From NCBI GenBank assembly GCA_049583775.1, contig JBAUWM010000010.1, positions 1 to 41,892 on the forward strand: 41,892 nt of DNA, in the 5' to 3' direction. The notes beneath the pieces are model-generated. The model ran no database searches. It was not told the DNA's origin and saw only the letters and a list, made by a program, of their open reading frames with translations. Made by a program: the position numbers and the translations under genes. Positions within the stretch are counted from its first letter, which is position 1; each line of letters starts with the position of its first letter. This document shows, piece after piece, positions 11,359 through 20,827 of this stretch. Source of the stretch: Nocardioides sp. (GTDB taxonomy: Bacteria; Actinomycetota; Actinomycetes; Propionibacteriales; Nocardioidaceae).

Positions 11359-11723
11359 GTCTGCCGACGGCCGACGATCTTTTCCGGCCCACGGGTGAGG
11401 GGCAGTCTGCGGAGGGGAAACCGCAGACCGCTCCCAACAACCTGGCAGCGAAGAACGGCAGCGTCCGGGCTGTGCCGGATGCGCCGGCCGAGGATGCCAA
11501 GAAGGGCGCGAGCGGCCGGATCCGTCACGACGAGAAGATGACGGTCTACGTCACGTCCCAAGAGCTGGTCGATATCGAGCGCACCCGTCTCGCGCTGCGC
11601 GCCGAGCACGGGCTGGCGGTCGACCGCGGCCGCTTGGTGCGCGAAGCACTTGACCTGGTGCTAGCCGACTTCGCTGAGAACGGTGAGTCGAGCCTGCTGA
11701 TCCGTCGACTCGTCCAGGGATGA
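11343..11723 (+). CDS. Conserved actinobacterial small protein, possible ribbon-helix-helix ParA partner
   Basis: MARRVSLPTADDLFRPT...RHDEKMTVYVT...DRGRLVREAL; overlaps the parA end and the scpA start. Confidence 0.75.
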   Translation: MARRVSLPTADDLFRPTGEGQSAEGKPQTAPNNLAAKNGSVRAVPDAPAEDAKKGASGRIRHDEKMTVYVTSQELVDIERTRLALRAEHGLAVDRGRLVREALDLVLADFAENGESSLLIRRLVQG

Positions 11724-12583
11724 CGCTGACCACTGCTCCCGTCACCGACGACGGGCCAACCCCCTCGTTCGCCGTCCGTCTGGTCAATTTCGAAGGTCCG
11801 TTCGACCTGCTGTTGCAGCTGATCTCCAAGCACAAGCTCGACATCACCGAGATCGCGCTGTCCAAGGTGACCGACGAGTTCATCGCACACGTCAAGGCCG
11901 GCGGCAGCGAGTGGGAACTCGAGCAGACGACCTCGTTCCTGCTGGTAGCGGCCACCCTGCTCGACCTCAAGGCGGCCCGGTTGCTGCCGCAAGGCGACGT
12001 CGAGGACGAGGAGGACCTCGCCCTGCTCGAAGCGCGTGACCTGCTCTTCGCCCGGCTGATGCAATACAAGGCCTTCAAGAGTGTCGCTGGCGTTCTTGCG
12101 GTCAGGCTGAACGGCGAATCGCGGCGACACCCGCGCGCCGTGGGGTTGGAAGAGCGCTTCGCTGGACTGCTGCCCGAGGTGCTCATCGGCATCGGACTTC
12201 AGCAGTTCGCTGGCTTGGCGGCCAAGGCCTTGGAGCCGAAACCCGCGCTCGAGGTGTCGCTGCAGCACATCCACGCCGCGCGCGTCTCGGTGCGCGAACA
12301 GGCGGCGATCGTGGCCGACCGACTCCGCCGCTCAGGCACCATGACCTTTCGCGCCCTCTGCGGTGACTCACCCGACACCTTGACCACCGTCGCCCGGTTT
12401 CTCTCCTTGCTCGAGCTCTTCCGCGAGGGTGCGGTGGCTTTCGAGCAAGTGCAGGCCTTGGGCGAGCTCACCGTGCGTTGGACCGGCAGCGACGACGACA
12501 TCGAGATCACCGACGAGTTCGACGGGGCACCACCCGAGCCCGCCGCATCTGAGCCCGCCCCCGAACCCAAGGAGATCCCATGA
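11720..12583 (+). CDS. scpA: Segregation/condensation protein A (kleisin)
   Basis: FEGPFDLLLQLI, FLLVAATLLDLKA and ARFLSLLELF; ATGA overlaps on both sides. Confidence 0.95.
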   Translation: MTLTTAPVTDDGPTPSFAVRLVNFEGPFDLLLQLISKHKLDITEIALSKVTDEFIAHVKAGGSEWELEQTTSFLLVAATLLDLKAARLLPQGDVEDEEDLALLEARDLLFARLMQYKAFKSVAGVLAVRLNGESRRHPRAVGLEERFAGLLPEVLIGIGLQQFAGLAAKALEPKPALEVSLQHIHAARVSVREQAAIVADRLRRSGTMTFRALCGDSPDTLTTVARFLSLLELFREGAVAFEQVQALGELTVRWTGSDDDIEITDEFDGAPPEPAASEPAPEPKEIP

Positions 12584-13257
12584 GCGAGGCCGCGACCGAC
12601 GTCGAGGAGCAGATCGACGAGCAGATCAGCGTGCCTGTGGCCGACCTACGGCCGTCGCTGGAGGCGGTGCTCATGGTGGCCGACCAGCCGCTCGACGAGA
12701 CGTCGCTGGCCAGCGCCGTGGGTTATCCGGCCGGCGAGGTCGTGACTGCGTTGGCAGCCCTTGCCGCCGAGTACGACGAGCAGGGGCGCGGCTTCGAGCT
12801 ACGCAACGTGGCCGGCGGGTGGCGCTACTACACGCGCGAGGAGTACGCGTCGGTCGTGGAGGGTTTCGTGCTCGAAGGTCAGCAGGCGCGGCTCACCCAG
12901 GCTGCGCTCGAGACCCTGGCAGTCGTGGCCTACAAGCAGCCGGTGTCACGCGCTCGGGTCTCAGCGATCCGGGGCGTGAACGTCGACGGCGTGATGCGAA
13001 CGCTGCTCACGCGTGGCTTGGTGGAGGAAGCCGGTCGTGACGGCGAGCACGGCGCCACGCTGTACCGCACCACCGGCTACTTCCTCGAGCGGATCGGGGT
13101 GACGTCGATCGACGACCTGCCTGAGTTGGCGCCGTACCTGCCTGACATGGACGACCTCGACGAGGAGTTGGCCGAGATGGCGGCAAGCCAGACGCCCCGC
13201 ACCGAGACGCCAGAGACCCCCGAGGTCCCCGAGGGCTCCGAGGAGCCGACCGCGTGA
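12580..13257 (+). CDS. scpB: SMC-Scp complex subunit ScpB
   Basis: LEAVLMVA, AALETLAVVAYKQPVSR, IRGVN and LYRTT..FLE. Confidence 0.95.
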   Translation: MSEAATDVEEQIDEQISVPVADLRPSLEAVLMVADQPLDETSLASAVGYPAGEVVTALAALAAEYDEQGRGFELRNVAGGWRYYTREEYASVVEGFVLEGQQARLTQAALETLAVVAYKQPVSRARVSAIRGVNVDGVMRTLLTRGLVEEAGRDGEHGATLYRTTGYFLERIGVTSIDDLPELAPYLPDMDDLDEELAEMAASQTPRTETPETPEVPEGSEEPTA

Positions 13258-14003
13258 GAGACGTCGACACCGACGACGCCGGTCTCATCCGCCTCCAGAA
13301 ATTGTTGGCTCAGTCGGGCGTCGCCTCTCGACGTAAGTGCGAGGAACTCATGCTCGACGGTGAGGTAGAGGTCGACGGCGAGATCGTCACCCGACTCGGC
13401 ACCAAGGTGGATCCGCGGGTTGCGGTCATCCGGGTGTCGGGCCAGCGGCTACCACCGGTCTCCGAGCACGTCTATCTCGTGCTCAACAAGCCCCGTGGCG
13501 TGGTGTCGACGATGTCCGACCCCGAGGGGAGACAGACCATCTCGGACGTCGTGGCCGACCGGTCTGAGCGGCTCTTTCACGTGGGTCGACTCGACACCGA
13601 CACCTCGGGACTGCTGCTGCTCACCAACGACGGCGACTTCGCGAACAAGATGGCGCACCCCTCCTACGAGGTCGACAAGACGTATGTGGCTGAGGTGACC
13701 GGCCGAGTCGGCAAGGAGACCGTCGCCACATTGCTCGACGGCGTCCAGCTCGACGACGGTCCGGTCAAGCCGACGCGGGTCAAGGTGGTCTCGGCCACGC
13801 ACAGCAAGTCAATCGTCGAACTGGTCATCCACGAGGGCCGCAACCGGATCGTGCGGCGGCTGCTCCACCACGTGGGGCACCCGGTGACTCGGCTCACTCG
13901 CACCGAGTTCGGCCCGGTCAGACTCGGTCCGCTGCGCTCGGGCGACCTGCGTGACCTGACCAACGACGAGCTCGGCGCCCTGCTCGACAGCGTGAAGCTG
14001 TGA
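13254..14003 (+). CDS. rluB: Ribosomal pseudouridine synthase (RluB/RsuA family)
   Basis: S4 domain RLQKLLAQSGVASRR, LNKPRG, catalytic GRLD and EGRNRIVRR. Confidence 0.9.
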   Translation: MRDVDTDDAGLIRLQKLLAQSGVASRRKCEELMLDGEVEVDGEIVTRLGTKVDPRVAVIRVSGQRLPPVSEHVYLVLNKPRGVVSTMSDPEGRQTISDVVADRSERLFHVGRLDTDTSGLLLLTNDGDFANKMAHPSYEVDKTYVAEVTGRVGKETVATLLDGVQLDDGPVKPTRVKVVSATHSKSIVELVIHEGRNRIVRRLLHHVGHPVTRLTRTEFGPVRLGPLRSGDLRDLTNDELGALLDSVKL

Positions 14004-14033
14004 CCGGAGGCGGAGCACCGCGCGACGCCTCGC

Positions 14034-14039
14034 TAACCT
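14034..14039 (+). promoter_or_regulatory. -10 element of a leaderless aroH transcript
   Basis: TAACCT 6 nt before GTG 14046. Confidence 0.55.
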
Positions 14040-14045
14040 AACGCC

Positions 14046-14432
14046 GTGGCCGTACGTGCAGTCAGGGGAGCGACTCAGCTCGACGTGGATGACCGAGAGC
14101 AGATGCTCGAGCGGGTCTCGGAGATGGTGGTTGACGCCATGGAGTCGAACGGGCTGAGCGTCGACGACTTCATCTCGGTGATCTTTACCGCGACCTCCGA
14201 CCTGCACAGCGAGTTCCCCGCCTACGCGGCACGCCAACTGGGGTTCGGTGACGTGCCGCTGATCTGCGCGCGCGAGCTGGAGATCGAGGGATCGATGCCC
14301 CGGGTCGTGCGGATGATGGCGCATGTGGAGACCGACCTGCCGCGTGCCGACATCACCCACGTCTACCTTCACGGTGCCGCGGCCTTGCGAACCGACCTCA
14401 CCCGGGTGCGGTCGGTGCCCGACCAGGTGTGA
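14046..14432 (+). CDS. aroH: Chorismate mutase, AroH class
   Basis: VRAVRGATQ, FTATSDLHSEFPAYAAR and HVYLHGAAALRTDL. Confidence 0.93.
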   Translation: MAVRAVRGATQLDVDDREQMLERVSEMVVDAMESNGLSVDDFISVIFTATSDLHSEFPAYAARQLGFGDVPLICARELEIEGSMPRVVRMMAHVETDLPRADITHVYLHGAAALRTDLTRVRSVPDQV

Positions 14433-14485
14433 CCCGCGCCTGACGAATCTCTGCCTCGGTGCTGCCAGCGGTAGCATTGACCCCC

Positions 14486-15166
14486 GTGAGTGCAGGTGAG
14501 CTGGGTCGGATCGTGGTCGCCGTAGATGGCACCTCCGGCTCTGGGAAGTCCAGTACCTGCCGCGGCGTTGCCAGCCGCCTCGGACTTCGCTACCTCGATA
14601 CGGGCGCAATGTTCCGCGCAGTGACCTGGTGGATGCTCGACCAGGGGGTCGACGTCCACGACGCCGATGCTGTGGCAGCGCGTGTCGACGAGCCCGTCGT
14701 GGTGTCGGGCACCGACCCGAATGGGCCGACCATCACCGTCGACGCCATAGATGTGGCAGTCGCCATTCGTACCGATGAGGTGACTGCGTCGGTGTCACCG
14801 GTCAGCACGGTGCCCGCGGTGCGCGCCCGACTGTTGACCTTGCAGCGCGAGATCATCGGTGCCGGCGGCATCGTGGTGGAGGGTCGCGACATCGGCTCGG
14901 TCGTCTGGCCGCAGGCCGAGGTCAAGGTCTTCCTGACGGCTGATCCTGCGGCGCGGGCGACCCGCCGTGCGCTCGAGGAGGGCGGCTCCGATCTCGGCGC
15001 CACCGAGGCCTCGCTGCGCGAGCGCGACCGCATCGACTCAGGACGCGCGACCGCACCGCTGGTGATGGCCGACGGCGCCGCGCACATTGACACCACCCAT
15101 CACTCGTTGGACGAGGTGATCTCGACCCTCGCGGAGCTGGTCGGGCAGGCGCTGGAGCCGGTGTGA
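14486..15166 (+). CDS. cmk: Cytidylate kinase
   Basis: P-loop DGTSGSGKSS, YLDTGAMFR, VVEGRDIG and RDRIDS. GTG 14486 follows TAGCAT (14472-14477); start approximate. Confidence 0.93.
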   Translation: MSAGELGRIVVAVDGTSGSGKSSTCRGVASRLGLRYLDTGAMFRAVTWWMLDQGVDVHDADAVAARVDEPVVVSGTDPNGPTITVDAIDVAVAIRTDEVTASVSPVSTVPAVRARLLTLQREIIGAGGIVVEGRDIGSVVWPQAEVKVFLTADPAARATRRALEEGGSDLGATEASLRERDRIDSGRATAPLVMADGAAHIDTTHHSLDEVISTLAELVGQALEPV

Positions 15167-15915
15167 CCTCCTCGCACCTCGACCGCCCGCGCACTGATCG
15201 CGCGCCGCGGGTCGTTCGCTGGTACTTGCAGACCAACCGTTGGTGGGCACGGTGGATCATCCGACGCCGCTACCGCGTCGTCATCCACGGCGCCGAGCAC
15301 GTGCCCGCCTCCGGGCCGGTGATCCTCGCGGCCAACCACGTTGGCGTGATCGATGGCCCGCTCTTGGCTGTCTTCTCGCCTCGACCCGCGCACGCCTTGA
15401 CGAAGATGGAGATGTTCCGCGGTCCGCTCGGACCCTTCCTGCGCCTCGCCGGCCAGATCAAGCTCGACCGGTTCCGGACTGATCCCCAGGCGGTGAAGAC
15501 CGCGGTGCGGGCGTTGCGGGACGGCCTGGCCGTGGGCATCTTCCCCGAAGGCACCAGAGGCACCGGCGAGCTGGAGCGCTTTCACCGCGGGGCCGGCTAC
15601 CTGGCGCTCGTCACCGGAGCCCCCGTGGTGCCGGTGATCATCTTCGGCACCCGCGACCCTGGAGGCGCGTCGTCGTCACTTCCGACAAAGGGTGCGACCC
15701 TGGACCTGGTCTACGGACGTGCGGTCACGATCGACCGGCAGCCGTGGCCGCGCACCCAGGAGCAGGTCGCCGCTGCTTCCCGGGTACTGCGTGACCGAAT
15801 GCTCACCGAGCTCGAGGAAGCACAGCGCTCGACGGGGCGTTCCCTCCCTGGCCCGCTTCCTGCGGGTCAGCACGAACCAGACCCCGGCGGGGGAATCACG
15901 GAGAAGTCAGCATGA
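15163..15915 (+). CDS. plsC: Lysophospholipid (1-acyl-sn-glycerol-3-phosphate) acyltransferase
   Basis: NH-x4-D (NHVGVID) and IFPEGTR motifs; located between cmk and der. Confidence 0.88.
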   Translation: MTSSHLDRPRTDRAPRVVRWYLQTNRWWARWIIRRRYRVVIHGAEHVPASGPVILAANHVGVIDGPLLAVFSPRPAHALTKMEMFRGPLGPFLRLAGQIKLDRFRTDPQAVKTAVRALRDGLAVGIFPEGTRGTGELERFHRGAGYLALVTGAPVVPVIIFGTRDPGGASSSLPTKGATLDLVYGRAVTIDRQPWPRTQEQVAAASRVLRDRMLTELEEAQRSTGRSLPGPLPAGQHEPDPGGGITEKSA

Positions 15916-17282
15916 ACGAAGTAGTGACCGAGACCGGCGACGGCGCCGGCACCGAGCACTCGGAGGGTCCGGTGCCGGTCCTAGCCGTCGTCGGCCGCCC
16001 GAACGTCGGCAAGTCGACGCTCGTGAACCGCATCATCGGACGACGGCAGGCCGTCGTCGAGGACGTACCGGGCGTGACGCGCGACCGGGTGCCCTACGAC
16101 GCCAACTGGAACGGTCGTGCCTTCACGGTGGTCGACACCGGTGGCTGGGACCCCGATGCCCGCGGACTGGCTCAGCGGATCTCGGCGCAGGCCGAAGTGG
16201 CGGTCACCCTTGCAGACGCTGTCCTATTCGTCGTCGATGCCACCGTGGGTATCACCGACGGCGATGCGGAGGTCGTGAAGATCCTGCGCAAGTCAGGCAA
16301 GCCCGTCGTGCTGGCCGCCAACAAGGTCGACGACCAACGCACCGAGGCCGAGGCCTACGGGTTGTGGAACCTGGGCCTGGGCGAACCGTTTGCCGTCTCG
16401 GCTCTGCACGGACGCGGCTCGGGCGATATGTTGGACGCCATCTTGGCCGCGCTGCCCGACCCGCCGCCTGAGACTGACGCCGAAGTCGGCGGACCGCGTC
16501 GGGTGGCGATCGTCGGCAAGCCGAACGTCGGCAAGTCGTCGTTGCTGAACAAGCTCGCCGGCGAGGAGCGCGTGGTCGTCGACAACGTGGCTGGCACGAC
16601 CGTCGACCCAGTGGACGAACTGGTTGAGCTGGGCGGGCGGCTGTGGCGGTTCATCGACACCGCAGGCATTCGCAAGCGTGTGAAGGAGGCCTCGGGGCAC
16701 GAGTACTACGCGTCGCTGCGCACCACCACGGCCATCGACCGTGCCGAGGTGGCTGTCATGGTGGTCGATGGGGGAGAGTCGCTCTCCGAGCAGGACATCC
16801 GGATCATCCAGACCATCCGCGAGGCTGGCCGCGCACTCGTCATCGCCTTCAACAAGTGGGACCTCGTCGACGAAGAGCGTCGCTACTACCTCGACCGCGA
16901 GATCGAGCGTGACCTCGTGCAGGTGCAATGGGCGCCGCGGATCAACATCACGGCCAAGACCGGGTGGCACATCGACCGACTGGTTCCAGCGATCGACCGC
17001 GCGATCGAGGGGTGGGAGACCCGAATCCCGACCGGACAGCTCAACGGCTTCCTCGGGCGCCTCGTTGCGGAGCACCCTCACCCTGTGCGCAGCGGCAAGC
17101 AGCCCAAGATCATGTTCGGCACCCAGGTCAGCACGGCGCCGCCCTCATTCGTGCTGTTCACGTCGGGCAAGCTCGAAGCCTCCTACGAGCGCTACATCGA
17201 GCGTCGCCTGCGCGAGCAATTCGGGTTCGTCGGCACGCCGATCGTGCTGCAGCAACGGGTGCGCGAGAAGCGCAAGCGCTGA
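15912..17282 (+). CDS. der: Ribosome biogenesis GTPase Der/EngA
   Basis: Two G domains ([16 protein letters not shown] and [16 protein letters not shown]) plus a KH-like C-terminus. Confidence 0.97.
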   Translation: MNEVVTETGDGAGTEHSEGPVPVLAVVGRPNVGKSTLVNRIIGRRQAVVEDVPGVTRDRVPYDANWNGRAFTVVDTGGWDPDARGLAQRISAQAEVAVTLADAVLFVVDATVGITDGDAEVVKILRKSGKPVVLAANKVDDQRTEAEAYGLWNLGLGEPFAVSALHGRGSGDMLDAILAALPDPPPETDAEVGGPRRVAIVGKPNVGKSSLLNKLAGEERVVVDNVAGTTVDPVDELVELGGRLWRFIDTAGIRKRVKEASGHEYYASLRTTTAIDRAEVAVMVVDGGESLSEQDIRIIQTIREAGRALVIAFNKWDLVDEERRYYLDREIERDLVQVQWAPRINITAKTGWHIDRLVPAIDRAIEGWETRIPTGQLNGFLGRLVAEHPHPVRSGKQPKIMFGTQVSTAPPSFVLFTSGKLEASYERYIERRLREQFGFVGTPIVLQQRVREKRKR

Positions 17283-17396
17283 TTTGTCAGATCGGTCGCC
17301 GAGCGAGGCAGACAAAACACCCAGTGCGCTGCGGGTCTTCGCCAAGCCGGCGTCGAGGGGTAGGAGACCGATACCAAGCTCCCGCCGCGGCTGTTG

Positions 17397-17402
17397 TAGG
17401 GT
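17397..17402 (+). promoter_or_regulatory. Candidate -10 for the tRNA-Pro gene
   Basis: TAGGGT (TANNNT) 26 nt before the mature tRNA 5' end. Confidence 0.35.
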
Positions 17403-17428
17403 TCAACCGCCTTGCTCCGCAGGGTGTT

Positions 17429-17502
<74 letters not shown>

Positions 17503-17505
17503 CCG

Positions 17506-17531
17506 TGTGATGTCTCAGGACATCGGCGACA
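17506..17531 (+). mobile_element. IS481-family-end-like remnant (TGTGATGTCTCAGGACATCGGCGACA), no transposase
   Basis: Starts with 5'-TGT three bases after the tRNA and has an internal palindrome GATGTC-TCAG-GACATC. Resemblance to actinobacterial IS481 ends is from recall. Confidence 0.45.
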
Positions 17532-17569
17532 CCCGGACCTGCGAAAGCGGGTCCGGGTGTCGCGTATTT
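17526..17569 (+). terminator. Strong hairpin/intrinsic terminator after tRNA-Pro
   Basis: GCGACACCCGGACCTGC-GAAA-GCGGGTCCGGGTGTCGC (17-bp stem with one G-U pair, GNRA loop) followed by GTATTT. Confidence 0.75.
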
Positions 17570-17681
17570 GCAAGCAACTTCATCTCATCTCGTTAAGAGG
17601 AGCGAGCACCCTCGACGCCGTTGCGGTGAACGACGCTCGTCGGCTCATCGCCAGCCGACTCGAACGTTCTCCCCGAGACAG

Positions 17682-17707
17682 GAGTCGCATCGCTAGGTGG
17701 CGGGTAC
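17682..17707 (+). promoter_or_regulatory. SigB/SigF-type stress promoter candidate for the DUF421 gene
   Basis: GAGT-N16-GGGTAC matches the Streptomyces SigB-like consensus GNNT-N14-16-GGGTAY; ATG lies 9 nt downstream with no SD. Confidence 0.5.
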
Positions 17708-17716
17708 ACATGACTC

Positions 17717-18241
17717 ATGTGGTTCGATACCTGGTCCGATGTCGTGCGGGTCCTGCTGGTGGGCCCCGCCTCCTATGCCGCGGTTGTGCTGGTGCTTCGC
17801 GCATCCGGCAAGCGCACCCTGTCGAAGCTCAACGCGTTCGACCTTGTCGTCACCGTCGCCTTGGGCTCGACTCTCGCGACGATCTTTCTCAGTACCGACG
17901 TCTCCTGGTCGGAGGGCGTGGTCGCGCTGGCGGTGTTGGCGCTGCTGCAGTTCTTGGTCGCGCTGATCATCTCCCGAGTTCCGACCTTACGCGCCGTCAT
18001 GACCGCCGGCCCGGCGTTGCTCCTGCGCGACGGTGAGTTCCTCCACCACACGCTGCGCTCAGCCAGGCTGACTGAGGCCGAGGTCAGGCAGGCGATCCGG
18101 GGGAGTGGCATCGGTGATGTGACCACGGTGGCGGCGGTGGTGCTGGAAAGTGACGGCAGCCTGAGCGTCATCCCGTCCAGTCAGGCGGGGAATCGCAGTG
18201 CGCTGGAAGATCTGCCCCGTACGTCTGAAACTCCGCGATGA
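17717..18241 (+). CDS. DUF421 (YetF/YcaP-like) membrane protein
   Basis: LRASGKRTLSKLNAFDLVVTVALGS and VVLESDGSLSVI signatures; three hydrophobic segments. Confidence 0.9.
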   Translation: MWFDTWSDVVRVLLVGPASYAAVVLVLRASGKRTLSKLNAFDLVVTVALGSTLATIFLSTDVSWSEGVVALAVLALLQFLVALIISRVPTLRAVMTAGPALLLRDGEFLHHTLRSARLTEAEVRQAIRGSGIGDVTTVAAVVLESDGSLSVIPSSQAGNRSALEDLPRTSETPR

Positions 18242-18242
18242 G

Positions 18243-18265
18243 GGCCGAAGCTTCGCCAGCCCGAC
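18243..18265 (+). repeat. Possible decayed copy of the tRNA-Pro 3' end (attR-like)
   Basis: GGCCGAAGCTTCGCCAGCCCGAC vs GGTTCAAATCCTGTCAGCCCGAC (17481-17503): 14/23 identical, last 9 exact, and 8 of 9 mismatches are transitions. Confidence 0.3.
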
Positions 18266-18548
18266 AGCTTCGTTCAGGAGCCCGAAAGCACGCTTTTGAT
18301 CGCCCGGGTGTCAGCAGCCACTCGACGTCTCCGTCTGAATCTGGCCCGCAGTCATGACAGAACGGCCGTTGGTCGTGGGTACGACGCCCGCGAGAGCGTC
18401 ACGGCCGCTGAGCTCAGTCGCCGAAGGAGAGCGAAGCTGGTGAGCTCAGAACTCAGCGGGACGTCCGCCTGCCGCGCCACGGTCGCCCTTTGCTAAGGGA
18501 CGATGTCGAGGTGGCCGGCGTGGAGTGCGGGGATGGGAGGGTAGAGGC

Positions 18549-19454
18549 ATGGAACAGGAATTGCTGCTGTCGTTAGCTGCCGAGCCGTTCCCATCGGTAC
18601 CCGTTACTTGGGAGGGGGCGGCTGTCGGTGCCACGGTGCTCATCGGCGGCTGGGTGGTGGCGCGAGCAACAGGTTTCCTCACCGGCCGGTTCTTGCGCTG
18701 GCGCGGGAGATCGCCGAGTGCCAGCACGATGTTCGCGCACCTGATTCGGTGGCTGCTGATCGTCTTCTCGTTCGCAGCCGCCATGACGCTCGTGTTCCCG
18801 AGCGTCAAGCCGGTCAATGCCCTAGGAGGAATCGGCGTCCTGTCGATCGCGGCAGGGATCGCTTTTCAGACAGTGCTTGGCAACATGTTCGCTGGGATCG
18901 TGATCTTGGGACGCGACAAGATTCGAATCAACGATCAAATTGCAGTTCGAGACGTGTCAGGAACCGTGGTCAGCGTGACGCTGACCAGCACCACTGTCAG
19001 GACCTACGACGGCAGACTCGTCCTGATCCCCAACTCGGTGGTGCACTCAGAGATCGTGACCGTCCAGACCGGCTTCGAGCACGTGCGCTCCACGGTCAGC
19101 ATCGACATCGATGACAGCTCCGACCTTGACCTGGCGGTAGTGGTTGCGGAAGAAGCGATGAGTTCGCTGTCGTCAGTCTTGGCGGAACCACCACCCCAGG
19201 CGCTGTTGCAGGAGGTCGGCTCCGCCACGGTTCGGCTCGACCTGCGATTCTGGTCAGGAGCCCGACAGATGGAGACGAAGGTGGCGCAGCATGAGGTCAT
19301 TGGTGTCGTTCTGCACCAATTGCAACAGGCCGGAGTCAAGACGGGCGCAGACGTGCTGGTCGTCGAGGGTGGGCCGCGCCTCCTGGAGATGATGCGACCG
19401 GCTCGTCGAGAAGATGAGCCATCCGCCCTGGCGCCGACCGGCCCCACCACATAG
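18549..19454 (+). CDS. Small-conductance mechanosensitive channel (MscS family)
   Basis: TM segments ending in GIAFQTVLGNMFAGIVIL, beta domain GTVVSVTLTSTTVRTYDGRLVLIPNS; GGAGG 8 nt before ATG 18549. Confidence 0.88.
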   Translation: MEQELLLSLAAEPFPSVPVTWEGAAVGATVLIGGWVVARATGFLTGRFLRWRGRSPSASTMFAHLIRWLLIVFSFAAAMTLVFPSVKPVNALGGIGVLSIAAGIAFQTVLGNMFAGIVILGRDKIRINDQIAVRDVSGTVVSVTLTSTTVRTYDGRLVLIPNSVVHSEIVTVQTGFEHVRSTVSIDIDDSSDLDLAVVVAEEAMSSLSSVLAEPPPQALLQEVGSATVRLDLRFWSGARQMETKVAQHEVIGVVLHQLQQAGVKTGADVLVVEGGPRLLEMMRPARREDEPSALAPTGPTT

Positions 19455-19457
19455 AGA

Positions 19458-20771
19458 ATGGAACGCACTGGAATGTTCGCTCGAATTGCTGCCTGGAGCG
19501 ACAAGTTGCGCGGCAGCCTGTTCTTCGTCCCCATGATGTGTGTGGTCTTCGCCATCGTCATGGGCGAGGCGATGCTGGTGGTTGACTCACAAGTCACCGA
19601 AATTCATCCGCGCCTGACGGCCACAGTCGACAGCGCGCGCACCGTGCTGACCACAGTGGCCGGAGCAACACTGACCTTTGCTGGTATTGCGTTCTCCGTC
19701 AGCTTGCTGCTCATCTCATTGGCCTCGAGCCAGTACTCGCCGCGGGTCGTGCACGGAATGTTCCGCGATCCCTTCAACAAGCGGGTCATGGGTTTGGTGG
19801 TGGGCACATTCACCTATTGCCTCGTCGTGCTGCGCGCAGTGCGCAGCTCGCTGGAGGGTGTCGGAGAGGCCATCGTGCCCAGCGTCTCCATCTTGCTGGC
19901 GGTGGTGCTCGGCATTGCCTCGATTCTGTCGATCATCGCCTTCATCAACCACGCGGCTCACTCCATGGATGTCTCGATGATCTTGCATCGAGTGACTCAC
20001 GAGGCACTGAGTCAAGCAAGCTCTGCGTGGCCCGAACCGAGTCAGGACGACGATCAGGGCGAAAGTGATGGGCCGGTACCCGACCTCCCTCCGCAGGCTG
20101 TCGCAGTGCGGTTCGACCGCTATGGCTGGGTGGAGAACATCGACTACGAACGCCTGCTCGGCGAGCTGCCCGCCGGCACGTGGTTACGCCTGGAGACTGT
20201 GGCCGGGCGCTACGCCGTCCAGAACTCGCCGCTGTGCTACGTCTTCCCTGAGCCTGCTGATGGGCTCGCCGCACGTCTCCGCTCGTGTGTGACGATCGGT
20301 CAAAGCAGAACGTTGCAGCAGGACGTCGTCTATGGTGTCCGCCAACTGGCCGACGTGGCGTTGAAGGCTATGTCGCCGGGGATCAACGACCCGACGACCG
20401 CGCACGACGCGATGTCTCATCTCGGCGTGGTGTTGGCCGACCTGCTCCACCGTGACGCCCCTGCCCGCCGACTCGAAGGTGTGGACGGTCGACTTGTCCT
20501 CGTGCCGTTTGCCACGACTCCCGACGAGCTGATCGGGGTTGCGTTCGACGAGGTTCGTATCGCTTCGCAGAGCCAGCCAACGATGCTCATCCACCTCCTG
20601 GTCGTGCTCAAGGACGTGGTGGAGTCGCTGCCTCGCACATCCCGCCTCGTAGCCAAGAATGCTCTGCGTGAGCAGGCCACGCTGATCCGAGCCATTGTCG
20701 AGGAGGCCGACCTGATGGATGCCGACAAGGAAAGGGTTCGTCAGGTCCATGCGAGACTTTTTGGGTCATGA
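19458..20771 (+). CDS. DUF2254 predicted membrane protein
   Basis: LASSQYSPR, GTFTYCLVVL and QLADVALKAMSPGINDPTTA signatures. Confidence 0.9.
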   Translation: MERTGMFARIAAWSDKLRGSLFFVPMMCVVFAIVMGEAMLVVDSQVTEIHPRLTATVDSARTVLTTVAGATLTFAGIAFSVSLLLISLASSQYSPRVVHGMFRDPFNKRVMGLVVGTFTYCLVVLRAVRSSLEGVGEAIVPSVSILLAVVLGIASILSIIAFINHAAHSMDVSMILHRVTHEALSQASSAWPEPSQDDDQGESDGPVPDLPPQAVAVRFDRYGWVENIDYERLLGELPAGTWLRLETVAGRYAVQNSPLCYVFPEPADGLAARLRSCVTIGQSRTLQQDVVYGVRQLADVALKAMSPGINDPTTAHDAMSHLGVVLADLLHRDAPARRLEGVDGRLVLVPFATTPDELIGVAFDEVRIASQSQPTMLIHLLVVLKDVVESLPRTSRLVAKNALREQATLIRAIVEEADLMDADKERVRQVHARLFGS

Positions 20772-20827
20772 CCGATGAGCACACGAGGTGCCGTGCTGAC
20801 GCGAACACGGGGAAGGCGCGATCAGCA

